A stretch of DNA of 64,000 nt from positions 8,199,097-8,263,096 of the forward strand of contig CM082598.2 in NCBI GenBank assembly GCA_040954595.2, written 5' to 3'. The notes under the pieces were generated by a model. It was not told where the DNA came from and did no database searches. It saw nothing but the letters and a program-made list of their open reading frames with translations. The stretch comes from Balanoglossus misakiensis. Taxonomy: Eukaryota; Animalia; Hemichordata. Positions 40,110 to 53,800 of this stretch are shown in pieces; within the stretch, counting starts at the first letter, position 1, and every line of letters starts with the position of its first letter. The position numbers were made by a program, and so were the translations under genes.

Positions 40110-43100
40110 TATATGTATAGGAAAGTGTAAGCCCTTTCTTGACTTCTCAACTAAATATATGCCATTTCGAGCATCAACTAGGACGCCATCATGAAATGTA
40201 TATTCTGTAACTGCAGTTTTGGGTAATGAGCTATGTTTTAATTTCATGTGTCTTGCCAAGTTTCTTTTTAACATTTTGACATTACAAATTTCACATGATT
40301 CGGTACGGCTCTGGTGTGATCTCCCATTTAAATCTTTATCTTTCCTGGTCTGTTTGTGTATCTTACTGCTAGAAGATGTTTCCGAGGAGTTATTTTCAGT
40401 TGTCATTTCATGGCTTTTACATGCAGGTTTCTTCTTGTAATTTACTGATTTACATCTTTTTAAGTGCTCCACATACAGCATTTTTCTGGCCAGTGTCAGC
40501 TTGCACTTCACACAGTGATAATGTGCATGCGAGTTGTGGATATTTTGCATATTTTGGTCGTGAAAACTTCATACAGACATAACTATCAGCAAAAGAAAAA
40601 TAGCACCAGGCCCACTGAAGCACAACTGACACTGGTGTTTAGCATTGTTATATGGTGGAAAAGCATGGCAGAAAGTATAATCTGGCAAGGGGTTGATGGG
40701 GATTTTTCTTACCTTTGGAATACCGATCAAAGATTATACCACTTTTTGATACCAGGACCATCTCAAGTTTTGGGTGGGAATCACTAACTTGGCATTCTTC
40801 TTCAACAGGGAATACCTCTTTGATAGTTTGCCACTCAGATGGTTCTGAACTTATCCTGTTGATATCAATTTTTTTTTTCGGACATGATGTACTGCAGCAT
40901 TCTTGCAACCGGTATATTGGGTTTGGTATCTTCTATTTTGTTATCAGTACTACAGGTATCTTCTGTAATTACTTCTAGTCTAATCTGTGGGGTAGTTTCC
41001 ATGATAAACCACTTTGCGATTGCCTTATGAAGGCAACCTCTTCTGGAATTGCAGCACTTGCATGTCGGTATGCCTGTTGCCTTGTCAATGCTTACTACCA
41101 CACGCCCAAGACGAGAGTAGTATCTAATGTTTTCTTCATGTATAGAAAGAAATATGTACTTTGATGAGCTTGTAGGTTCCCAAGAAGACACCAGTGGCAC
41201 TTTGGCCTTTTGTGCCCTTTCTTTAGCTTCGAGGCATTCAGCAATTGTCGAGTCTTTTATCTTCTTTGACATCTTGGCTAAGACACTTTCATCTAGATTT
41301 GTCTCTCTGGCTCGGTGGAGGAAATTCGTACTTTGTATATGGCGACAGAAATGGGAAGTATCCCCCCCCCTGGCCATTGTCTGTGTCACAAAGTTACATG
41401 ATGTGTTCTCACACCTTATTATTTGGGTTGTTGCAGCTGATTTTCTTTGGATATGTATAGGAAAGTGTAAGCCCTTTCTTGACTTCTCAACTAAATATAT
41501 GCCATTTCGAGCATCAACTAGGACGCCATCATGAAATGTATATTCTGTAACTGCACTTTTGGGTAATGAGCTATGTTTTAATTTCATGTGTCTTGCCAAG
41601 TTTCTTTTTAACATTTTGACATTACAAATTTCACATGATTCGGTACGGCTCTGGTGTGATCTCCCATTTAAATCTATATCTTTCCTGGTCTGTTTGTGCA
41701 TCTTACTGCTAGAAGATGTTTCCGAGGAGTTATTTTCAGTTGTCATTTCATGGCTTTTACATGCAGGTTTCTTCTTGTAATTTACTGATTTACATCTTTT
41801 TAAGTGCTCCACATACAGCATTTTTCTGGCCAGTGTCAGCTTGCACTTCACACAGTGATAATGTGCATGCGAGTTGTGGATATTTTGGATATTTTGCATA
41901 TTTTGGTCGTGAAAACTTCATACAGACATAACTATCAGCAAAAGAAAAATAGCACCAGGCCCACTGAAGCACAACTGACACTGGTGTTTAGCATTGTTAT
42001 ATGGTGGAAAAGCATGGCAGAAAGTATAATCTGGCAAGGGGTTGATGGGGATTTTTCTTACCTTTGGAATACGAGTCCCGATCAAAGATTATACCACTTT
42101 TTGATACCAGGACCATCTCAAGTTTTGGGTGGGAATCACTAACTTGGCATTCTTCTTCAACAGGGAATACCTCTTTGATAGTTTGCCACTCAGATGGTTC
42201 TGAACTTATCCTGTTGATATCAATTTTTTTTTTCGGACATGATGTACTGCAGCATTCTTGCAACGGTATATTGGGTTTGGTATCTTCTATTTTGTTATCA
42301 GTACTACAGGTATCTTCTGTAATTACTTCTAGTCTAATCTGTGGGGTAGTTTCCATGATAAACCACTTTGCGATTGCCTTATGAAGGCAACCTCTTCTGG
42401 AATTGCAGCACTTGCATGTCGGTATGCCTGTTGCCTTGTCAATGCTTACTACCACACGTCCAAGACGAGAGTAGTATCTAATGTTTTCTTCATGTATAGA
42501 AAGAAATATGTACTTTGATGAGCTTGAAGGTTCCCAAAAAGACACCAGTGGCACTTTGGCCTTTTGTGCCCTTTCTTTAGCTTCAAGGCATTCAGCAATT
42601 GTCGAGTCTTTTATCTTCTTTGACATCTTGGCTAAGACACTTTCATCTAGATTTGTCTCTCTGGCTCGGTGGAGGAAATTCGTACTTTGTATATGGCGAC
42701 AGAAATGGGAAGTATCCCCCCCCCCCTGGCCATTGTCTGTGTCACAAAGTTACATGATGTGTTCTCACACCTTATTATTTGGGTTGTTGCAGCTGATTTT
42801 CTTTGGATATGTATAGGAAAGTGTAAGCCCTTTCTTGACTTCTCAACTAAATATATGCCATTTCGAGCATCAACTAGGATGCCATCATGAAATGTATATT
42901 CTGTAACTGCAGTTTTGGGTAATGAGCTATGTTTTAATTTCATGTGTCTTGCCAAGTTTCTTTTTAACATTTTGACATTACAAATTTCACATGATTCGGT
43001 ACGGCTCTGGTGTGATCTTCCATTAAATCTTTATCTTTCCTGGTCTGTTTGTGCATCTTACTGCTAGAAGATGTTTCCGAGGAGTTATTTTCAGTTGTCA

Positions 43101-43235
43101 TTTCATGGCTTTTACATGCAGGTTTCTTCTTGTAATTTACTGATTTACATCTTTTTAAGTGCTCCACATACAGCATTTTTCTGGCCAGTGTCAGCTTGCA
43201 CTTCACACAGTGATAATGTGCATGCGAGTTGTGGA
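40110..43235. repeat. Tandem triplication of a ~1.34-1.35-kb coding unit (two full copies plus one deleted copy)
   Basis: Identical ORFs at 40219 and 41559 (offset 1340). Junctions GAGTTGTGGA|TATTTTG lie at ~40540 and ~41880. Confidence 0.93.
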
Positions 43236-43462
43236 TCTCTCTGCAGGGTAAATGACACCCAAAGATGACATAATCTGAAAATAAAACAAAATAAAGCAAC
43301 ATTTTAATAAAAAAAACTTCAACATCATTTTTACAAGATTGTTGTTTCAATAAAGGATCCACTACGGTGATGAATCACAACCTTTATCTTTACATTATTC
43401 ACCAAGAATTTCATATTGTGCCTATAGGACCCTGGAAACTGACTTTAAAAGCAATCAGATCA

Positions 43463-44320
43463 TAACTTGATATAGGTAAGTAAACTAATTAGAGTTGATG
43501 GCTGGGAAAATTTCAGAGCATGGTTTGATGATGACCTACCACGTGGGTGGAAAATACTCCCACCACGTGGGTGGAAGCATGCTCCGATATAAATTATGGA
43601 ATGTTTGGTTAAAGTAACTGGATTGCAACTTGATATAGGTAAGTAAACTAATTTGAGTTGATGGCTGGGAAAAGTAATCATCAATGAAAATTTCAGAGCA
43701 TGGTTTGATGATGACCTACCACGAGGGTGGAAGCATGCTCCGATAGAAATTATCAAGCATGCTCCGATAGAAATTATGGAATGTTTGGTTAAAGTAACTG
43801 GATTACAACTTGATATAGGTAAGTAAACTAATTTGAGTTGATGGCTGGGGAAATTAATCATGCATGAAAATTTCAGAGCATGGTTTGATGATGACCTACC
43901 ACGTGGGTGGAAAATACTCCCACCATGTGGGTGGAAGCCTGCTCCGATAGAAATTATGGAATGTTTGGTTAAAGTAACTGGAGTACAAATTGATATAGGT
44001 AAGTAAACTAATTTGAGTTGATGGCTGAGGAAATTAATCATGGATGAAAATTTCAGAGCATGGTTTGATGATGACCTACCACGTGGGTGGAAGCATGCTC
44101 CGATAGAAATTATGGAATGTTTGGTTAACGTAACTGGATTACAACTTGATATAGGTAAGTAAACTAATTGGAGTTGATAGCTTGGGAAATTAATCATTAA
44201 AGTAATTTCTGTTGATAGCCAGTGAATTTATTCACTGATAATGAATGATTCAGAGCATGTTCAATGATGACCTACTGTGTGGATGGAAAACTCCAATATA
44301 AAGTATGGAATGTTAGGTTA
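43463..44320. repeat. Intronic tandem repeat, ~155-180-bp unit, about 5 copies
   Basis: AACTTGATATAGGTAAGTAAACTAATT recurs at ~43463, 43627, 43807, 43987 and 44143. Confidence 0.92.
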
Positions 44321-45983
44321 AATCTGTAACATTGGTACAATGTATTACATTTTACATAAACTGGTTTCAGTCAAAAAACAAACTGTCATTCTTATGTATT
44401 TCAAGGGCACTGCTCATTTAAAATAAGACCTCCTGTAAAAACTACATTTGAAAAAGCTGTCAACACAAATTTGTTGGGTTCAAGATATACAATAATGAGA
44501 TCAGAGAATTTACCCGACTCATACTCAAACAAAGTAGTATATTTTTGAAGTCCCACGTGGCAGGTTTTCTGAAAGTCTATACTCAACAAAAATTCTGGAT
44601 GAATTATTTCACAAATTTGTTCACTCTGTAGTTTGTTAATCACTATATACAAAAGAAGATTCAAATCAGAGAATTGACCAAACATAGCCCAGTTAAGCTT
44701 AGAGCAAGTATAAACAATTCTTGGTAAATACTTTACAAACCTGATCTCATAAGTAGCCATAGCAATCGGACAAGGGAAGCACAGTAAAAAAACTGCAAAC
44801 TGCAATATCAAAATTTTCCATCATGAAATCCATGTTCAAAAATACTAATAAAGATTTAAAAATGTGCTGTCTTACCACCAGACTTCACTGATGTCTTTAA
44901 ATGGGCTGTGACATGTTTTTTGACCCGCCAGCTATCTCTGGTGGCTTTAAACATGGTCTGAGGGCATATTTTACAAGAAAATATTTCGCCCTCAGACACT
45001 ATGATGCTGCCTGTATCTTCCTTTACAGTTATTGAAGGATGCATCCTATTGTGAGAAAAATATTACATATGTAATATGTTTAATATCATATGTCCTTTGT
45101 GACACATCTTTGGCAACCGTGGTGAAAAAATGAGGCTCTCACTCACAAAAAGTGTTCATGTCTCCAGTCATATCTGAGATTATGTCAAGAACAGAAGGAA
45201 ATTCGAAGTTGTTGGGCAGCTGCATTTTACGATCCAGACTGCCACTGTATCGTCCTAAAACTAAGTTGTACAGGACCAACTACTACTTACTAGAACCAGT
45301 TTCAAAAACGACTTAGTCGTTCCACAGTCAAGTCCACGTTTGGGGGCGAAGTAGGTTTAATCATGGACGTACGGGAGAAATCTCTCGTAATCTAGGACTT
45401 TTGTAACAACGAGTGGACCTTGCGAGTGCGACGAGATGCCTCAGAATGATGGGTAACGAAGGTGAGAAAAGTTTCGATTGAGCACGTGCTAGTTGGAATG
45501 AAGAGATGGCGTCATGAAGAGATGGCATCATTCTGCTGCATTCAGCCACTCCTGCCAGACACTCCTGTCACAGTACCGTAATTGATACAAAGGCAAACTG
45601 TTATACTTACTTTCCTTAGTTAATTTTCACGAAGTGTAGTAAAATATCTAATTATATGTGCCTCCCACACCAAATCACCGTACTTTCTCCGTATGTACAC
45701 TGTAGCTACACATGCGCTCTCGGTGGATGATAGATGATCTTGGGTCATGTCATCAACACGTGACCTTACGTGAGCTGCCTCCCCAGGGATAAGCCTCACC
45801 ACTGCCCACATGGTAGCTGGGCAGGAACTCTTCGACTCGCGCACTTACCCTATCACCCCCAGACCTAAGCCACTTCGGCTTACACTAATTTGTGGGCGGA
45901 ACAGAACGGAATAAGCCACACCAGATAAAAAAGAGCACTTATTTTTCTATTTCACCGAATAGATTTCTGAGCTTAAGCACAAC

Positions 45984-46237
45984 TTAAGGTTTATATCAAC
46001 CCTACCAATTTAGCATCGATTTTTTTTTCAATTTTCCCCAAGAAGACTCCAGTAAACGAAGCTATAATTCAAATCTGAAACTACACCTGAATCCAAATCT
46101 TACTACTTAAGATATCAGAAACTTCGATCAAAACAATGGTCCGTTGAGAAACATTTTGTTGCAATGTTAGGGGGTCAAGCCATATTTTCAGCCGACTATT
46201 AAAAGTTGCGCACTCAGAAAACAGTCTGAAACCTTAA
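45984..46237. mobile_element. Possible Kolobok-like MITE (TTAA-GG...CC-TTAA)
   Basis: TTAAGGTTT at 45984 and AAACCTTAA ending at 46237. The TIR is very short. Confidence 0.3.
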
Positions 46238-47818
46238 ATATTCTAAAGTGTTGATAGAGGGCGTTCTGCCAAGACTTGCATATCTTTACGTCAACCCTTC
46301 GTCTTGACTCCACTGCCTTGCAGGATCCCTCATTGCCACATCATCACAACACAACAGACATGTAGACAATGACATGATGATGAGACTAAAGCCAGATTAT
46401 AGAGCAGTCGGACCTATTTATTCGCAACAAGAAAGACAAAGTTCACTGCATGCTAAGTAACCTATATAGGTTATTAAACTGTGGCTTTGCCTGCACGTGT
46501 GTGGTAATAAATCCTGGCAGCAAGGTAAACCGTTTTCGGAAAATACTCTGAAAACCTGCATCCATTGTTGGCTCTAGTAGTGGTGTTGGATCTCACCCGG
46601 TTACCACTTGTTATCTAAACTATTGTTGAAAAGGTCTAAAGGAAAACTCAATAACAAATGCTAGCAAGAAAATTCTTTGATGGACAAGGTCAGATAACTG
46701 TGCTGCTCGAAGATCGGCCTAGAAAAGGCTGAGAAATACTTCAACACGCACATGGCATTCACCTTACTATGCCTCATTGGTCAGTGCAACATATGACACT
46801 TTCCTATCCAATGAGCATGCACTAGACACTGCTTGTGTACGTGACATCATGACAATGATTTCGATACTTTACTGTCGATACGCGCAAAACCATCTATATG
46901 TGCAAGTCGAGTTTTCACTGCGGAGTGTTGTCATGACGACTCAAAAATATGTCGATTTCCCTGTTATTCAAGTTTTGAAGAGTTCAGAACAGCATTTCTC
47001 AATTGAAAGGCTTTATGTACAACTACAACACTACAGAGTTTAGAATATTCCTGTCGTGTACTTCTCTCTTATTATTGTGGAAAAATTAAGAATGTTTGGT
47101 TCTCTAATAATATGATTAGGTAGAAACCGTTTCCCGAGACCATTGTACAACAGACAGATTAATAAAAAAGTGGTATTCATCTTGTACACTTCCACTGGTA
47201 CAAAGTTTACAAAATCTGGCTCTAGAGTGAATGTTCTAGTGTCTCCTTCCCTCTATTGGTCAGCAACAAACAAAACGTACAGCAGGTTCAAGATAAACAT
47301 CTTATCAAAGATATCTGCACTTTGATTAAAAGTATACAGTCACCTCCAATTTACATACGCCCATATATGGCTGAAATGGAGTATTTGACCGTTATAAAGA
47401 ACAAATGGTGGCGCCCTTATTTTCACGTGTGCCACCCACTGAAAAACTGTGATTGGCTAGATCTTAATTTGCCATGGTAAATATACCTAATTTTCCATAG
47501 GTAACCTTTTAAACTCTGATGCACGCGTGTTCAATTCGCACACGTCACATGGATATTGAATCTGAGTCAGAGATTGATTAATTCTCCACTAGTGTATATG
47601 GATAGTCCGAAATAAAGAATTAATGAAAGGGAATGGACGTTACATTGAACAATGATTCCCCGTTCAAAACAAAAGCGTGTATGGCACAATTCTACGTTTT
47701 TTTTTACAATAATGGAAATAATAATCGTTTACTTTCTGATTCCGCGTCTATGTATTTTTTTTTCATTTGTAAAAAGATGACGATGTCAGCAATTTGTTGA
47801 GTGTTTGTCTTCGTGTTT

Positions 47819-50800
47819 TCAGATGTAAACAGGACTTTCCACAGACCCAGTAGGACAGATAGGATCGGTTTTCTGAGGATCATTTGTGCTTTCACCCGAT
47901 GAGCCGGCTACACCTTGCCTGCCTCCTTGCATTTCCGACGTATTGATGTATGTTGCTTGACTGGTAGCTGAAGAGTTAGCTGGTTCGGTTTGTTTTTCGG
48001 CCATTGGTAGAATGTTTCTTTTTCCGTCATCTCCACCGGTCGCCAAGTCATTCCCAGCGTTGTCATAGTCAGGTAAATGCTCCTCAGACTCTTTACACGT
48101 ATCACCTGGATCGGTTGGCTGCACATAATCACCCTCGTCCACTTGATTCATCGGCACATAGTCACCGTTCATATCCGTTTCACCCTCTTCGATCTCCAAA
48201 ACGGCTTCAATGACGGTGGGTGTTCGTCGTCCTCTGTAAGCGATGTTTCGCCGGTGGTATTACTGGCCGTATTGCGTGTAGGCATAGATTGTGTGTCTGG
48301 TCTATCGTCCAAATTCTCGTCGGCGAGATTGATCCCCTGTCTTCCAGTCGACGTGTGACTATCATCAAGCGAGGTCATCGAAGTCGGCGTTGACGTGGAG
48401 ATTGTTGAATATGTGTGGTGGAATTTGGTATCTGTTTCAACGATCTTCTCTTGAGGCAACTTTGCATCGGTTATCTTTTCATCATCTAATACTTTCATAT
48501 CGCTTATCGACTCGTATTTGTTGTCCAATGAGGAAAGCATAGGTGGGGCTGTTGCAGGCACCAAATTTTGGCCGTCAAACTGAATGGTAGTTTCTTCAGT
48601 TTTACCGTAGTATTTCCTAAAAGAATATTCAAATTGACAATAACGCAAACACCATATTTATAACCAGGTAACAGGTCTCTATTGGCAACTCCCCCACCAA
48701 TAAAATATTTTTATGGTCACATGAATGGCGCATTATGTTTACAGTGAATGTACTTAAGTGCACGGGAATAAAACCTATCATTTGTTTTAACTCATCTGGT
48801 CTTATTCAGGAGAATAAAAGTTTTTGATTATTTTTTTTCTGGCATCGTAGTAATTAAAATCTTACCTCCTGAAGAAGTACACCGAAACTGCACACACTGT
48901 AAGTACCATTATTGCGGCGAGTACGAACAATACTATCATTAACGTTTGTGATTCTGAAAATGAAATTGGCGGATACATGTGATGTAAATAAAGTCAGATA
49001 TTAGCGTTCCATTTTCATATACCACAATTAATATTTTGATCATATGTAGCTATAATGCCTGTGGTTTTCCCACAGGCAGGCAGTCAAGTGCTGTTACACA
49101 CACGTTCATGCAATAATATCAAACTCACTTTCGTTGATATGGATTTCACAAGTGGAGCCTGACCACTTCAATGTGCAGATGCAAGTGTGGCCATCTTCGA
49201 AAAAGACACAGGTTCCGTTGTTTTTGCACGGTGATGACACACAAGAGGTTTCCTCTGCCAAAGGGAAAGTGTTTAGGAAGGCGTAATTAGTAAAACAACA
49301 AACATCTTGTAAAAAATAGTTCACGATAATGCTTTGTATCCTGAATTCCCAGACAACGTGTTATGACTTGTGTAATACATGTATATAGGTAGACGGGTAG
49401 AATATACACAAATGTTTATCAACTTACGACACAGGTTCTCACTGTTAAAACTCCATTCCCCAGTGTCAGAACAAATAATTGCGTCAGTCGTTGCAGGCCT
49501 GTAACCATCGCTGCATGTAAAATTACAAGACATGCCTTTGCTGTTGTCGCAGTTGTCCGCTAATTTTCCATTTGGGACATTCATGGGGCAGTCTGGATCT
49601 GGGTATACAATAAAATGATACCTTGGTATATAGTGTATATTTTATTTCCTAATCTGTAGCCTTACAGAATATTTAAAATATTAATACTAATGAACTGCTG
49701 GTTGACAGAAAACGTCATAGGTAATTTGTATCCCAGCCAATTGTAGTTGAGTATGATGTTCTCGCCAGGAAGGGCCTGGAAAGAACTAACAGTGAGGGCG
49801 CGGTACTTGTTAAAATTACAGTATATTCTCCATGAAATAAAACCTCACCTGGTGCATGAAGTCAAAGGAGACCGTAATCTACTTCGATGTGTCCGTTTGT
49901 GTTGTGTTATAGTAATAACAAAACTGAGGCATTTATAACTTACAGATTTGACAGAGCTGATCGCTCTCAATAGTCCATTTACCGCTCTCAGTGCACATGA
50001 CAGCATCTTTTGTTGACCGTTCATAATCGCCGTAACAAACAAAATCACAACTCTGGCCATTGGTATTTTTACATCCGTCCTCAAACCTCCCATTTGGAAT
50101 TGTACCAGGGCATCTAGAAACTGTGTACGGGGATAAAACATTCAAGTACAGTGCAATTTAGAAAACCTCTCCTTCCACACAAGCATCAACCGACGTTTAG
50201 TATGCATTAGCAATAGAGGCAATCATGAATGTAATTGACCTGTTAAGGCAAATAATAACTTACCCGTTGTACATCAATATGTACATGAATAACTTCTTGA
50301 AGTACCCCACATAATTGATACGTTATGTATAAGATATTTGCTGTAAATCTGAAGCTATTAAATTCAATAGTTTTGCTTAGCCAATACGCCGATGAAAAAA
50401 TAACGATTGTTAATCTAATATGTCTAACTGGCACCAATACCTGCTGTGCAGTTTTCCTGGGAGCATAAGCATTCCGCGCCGAATTCGGTGTTTATGCAAA
50501 TCTCGTCGCAACCGCCGTTGAAGTCATCGCACGGTCCTATAAGGGAAATCCTAGGTGAATTTATCTATATTTTAAATTTGATACACTTACTTGTAGATAC
50601 AGTTGTTTTACAAGGAGTATTTTAATTAAGGATTAGTTGATGCCCAGTCATCCATTTCATGAGTTTGAAACTAAAGGAACTAAAACTGTTTTTGGTTATC
50701 TTTACACTTGTACCAGTATTGTGCAGGATCCGACCTATGAAACACATTGGCGTATTGATCGCACAAATCGAAGAACAATTTTTGCTCGCGAAGTGAAGGC

Positions 50801-53800
50801 TGTCAGCACTAAAAAAATATTTTTCACTTGAACCGAGCGAAGTCAAACTCACAAAGCATTCTCATTGACTTGTTTCAAATCAACTCAACCACGTTTCCCC
50901 AAAACAGACATGATTTCATAAGATAGTTTGATTACACAGATTGCAAGCACACCGAGTTGCGTCGTTATGTGTATGACAGGCCAAATGGTTCCCTTGAGAA
51001 ACTTTCACAACACTCTGATGCCGACAAACGCGCGGAATGGCACCCATGAATATGCATTCAAAACATAGATACTATTATCACGTGGACACTTGTATATTGA
51101 TCTACCGTTTACTGAAAGCGTTTTATAGATGGCATATACTACACCGTTCAATCCACAAAGGCTAATTACCCGTTCCCAGTGGCTGAAGACTTCGGTGAAA
51201 GAATGCCAAGGATGTAGGCACACGAGGCAGAGGCAACGTATTCACCAGTTTCTTAGTTTGGAGGTCTATTACAGTGATAATGTTATTCCCTGCGTCGGCC
51301 AGGAAAAGAAAACTCTGTCGAGCGAAAATGCAACACTTGTGGTAAGTGAAAGTTGGAAAGGTTTTAATGATGCTAAGGTACGCACGGTTACCAAAAATAG
51401 GCCATACCCACCTATATTATAGTCAAATATCATATTCAATTTACATGGTAAGCTGTAGAGTAAAGTCAAACACAAAACAGTACAGCTAGACAACCAAGAA
51501 AAAGAACAGAGAACAAGCTTAGATGTATATACGGTCACCTATACAAATGTAATAACGTCTGTTACTATGATGGAAAATTGAAATACAACCAATCACATAT
51601 TTTCAGTGAGTTGCACACGCGAAAAAATTGCGACACCACATGGTAGTTCAAAGATTTAGATACGCCCCTTTGACCATATATGGTCATATGTAAAGGGCGT
51701 CCTGTCCCACGCATAACTCGGAAGCAGTTACGATAAAACGTAAACTGTAACCAATGCCAACAGTGATAAATTGTCTAATACGTTGTACTTAATAGTTTAC
51801 TTATGTATACCTTTCGAAAATGCTTTTGAATGTACAAGCAAGCATTTGCCTACAGACTTTAACCTTGATTTCAAGTTTGCGAGAGGTAGTTTTGACTCTG
51901 TGAAGACTTCATGCTCTTGGACAGAAAATATAATGACAAAATATATAATGCGATTTTCCTAATTGTGTCTGTCGTACCTTAAATATTGTTATCCCTTTGA
52001 ACGACAAGCCGTCGTGCATCGAAAGATTATACGTAGTTTCACGAAAATTTCCATCCAAGTCAACTGACTCAACAAGGAATGTTTCTTCATCTGCCCAATA
52101 AAGTCTAGAATTAAAATTAAAATAGAACCGATTCAGTATTAGAAAACCCGTTGCATATCTTTGATTGGTTAATCGATCGATCTAAGTTCCACTTGTTTAT
52201 TTGAATAAAGTTTACCTGTCGTTACTGATATCTAAGGCCAAAACTGTTGGTGACCTAACGCCAGTTTCAACAATGACCTCCCGTCGTCTTCCGCGTAGAT
52301 CAGACCTTTCGATGCGCGGTTTTGTCCAAGTGTGCGTCCAAAAGAGATACCTGGATCGATAATAGTGATCAATATACAATCAAAATTATCGTAACGTTAT
52401 TGGACGTGAACCGCCTATATGTATTTGGATGTATAGACAAAATTATAGTATAAAGTGGTACGTGTAATAGTGTAATTTTTTAACTATTCATCCACACCTT
52501 GAATTGTCCAGATTTTTTTAAAACTCATTCGTGTTTAACATATGCATTCTCCAATTTATTTTTGATATCGCTAATTTACTAACGCTTATGATTTCCCACA
52601 AGACGAAAATTAGAAACATGTTATTTCTGTAGCAAATTACACTTTCTTTTGACGTTTCTTGCTGGATAAGATTAGTGATATTTCAATTCATTTCCTACAC
52701 TCTCTCAACAAGATTCAGTCAAGTAGGCATGTTTACATGTTCATACAATGTACTATGGTCATGCTTCGATAAAACTATCTTACTTCTATTGGAATATATT
52801 CGATCAAGGTAACCGTGTTCACATTGTCCACTTTATCAAGGTAAATATTTATTCTACATACATCTTAGTTACATGCACGACGATTGCTTCTGGTTTTCCC
52901 ATGCCTTGTGTGACAAGGGGTATGTCAAATCGACCGTCCAGATCTGCCACCATGATATTCTGCTGTTCACGATCAGTCCAGTACAAGGTTCGACCTAACC
53001 AGTCAACAGCAACGTCTGGATAAATAAACAGTGATATCGATGTCATGAAATACTAAAAGAAGACAGCTCTCCATTAATTTGAAATAAATATGAATTCTAT
53101 TGTAACATGAGAAAGGCAGACCGTGGGAAGCTAGCTTGTTGAATTGAGAGAGAGAGGGGGGAGGGGGGGGAGGAGAGAAGAAGGGGAGAGATAGACCTAT
53201 GTCAGAGAATCCATAAAACGTATTGGATATTTCGAAGAAACACGTGATAGGGATGTGGTTCATGTAAGTCAGGGAATCGGTTGAAGTGGGTCGCATGATC
53301 TGACACATTCTCTCGCTATGTACACATTTACTGTACCATTAATTGTGCCCTTAGATGTACATAGATCTTTCAAGAACTGGACACCGCCATATTTCGTACT
53401 AGTTCTGCTTATCAGTGGATCTTCATACGTTAACATAGGCATAGAAAAAAGGCAGTGTTTTTTTTAAAAACAAGACGGTTATGTTGTTTTTTCTTAATTT
53501 TCCAAAGGTCTCCTCACCCTTTTATGTAGCAAAGAATGAAAAGGTTTTAAGGACTGTTAATGTGTCCCCGTCCACTTTAAAACTATATTTTCTTCGGTAT
53601 ATTGACTTCAACTAGCATGAACTAACATGGTAGTAACTTGTTAGTAACAGATATACGTCTCAATCAGGGATAATTGCCTGTGAAAAACTGAAACATAACC
53701 GACCTCTGATATCAGACGGTGAATACTGTGTGACGAAAGTCCACTCCTCATTTTCCTCAAGTCGCATTCTTGCAATGTTATTGTCAAGGACACCAAAGAT

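Larger units (their letters stand above)
39232..45045 (-). pseudogene. KDZ/Zisupton-like (HMGXB3-like) transposase gene, multi-exon, internally triplicated and 3'-truncated
   Basis: Exons at 44876-45045, from 43274 downward, 39677-39816 and 39232-39439 have GT/AG sites. Motifs include HYHC, C2H2 CEIC..H..H, SWIM CKC..CLH, CPTC..YRYQEY and AYLHFEAL..CVICGHFPAIVIMD. Confidence 0.72.

Noticed and set aside
43460-44197. 245-aa repetitive ORF
   Set aside because: It is a translation of an intronic tandem repeat with no recognisable domain.
45770-45930. Possible second terminal repeat of the DIRS/Ngaro element (ATAAGCCACACC shared with ~21160)
   Set aside because: Only ~12 bp match, which could arise by chance.
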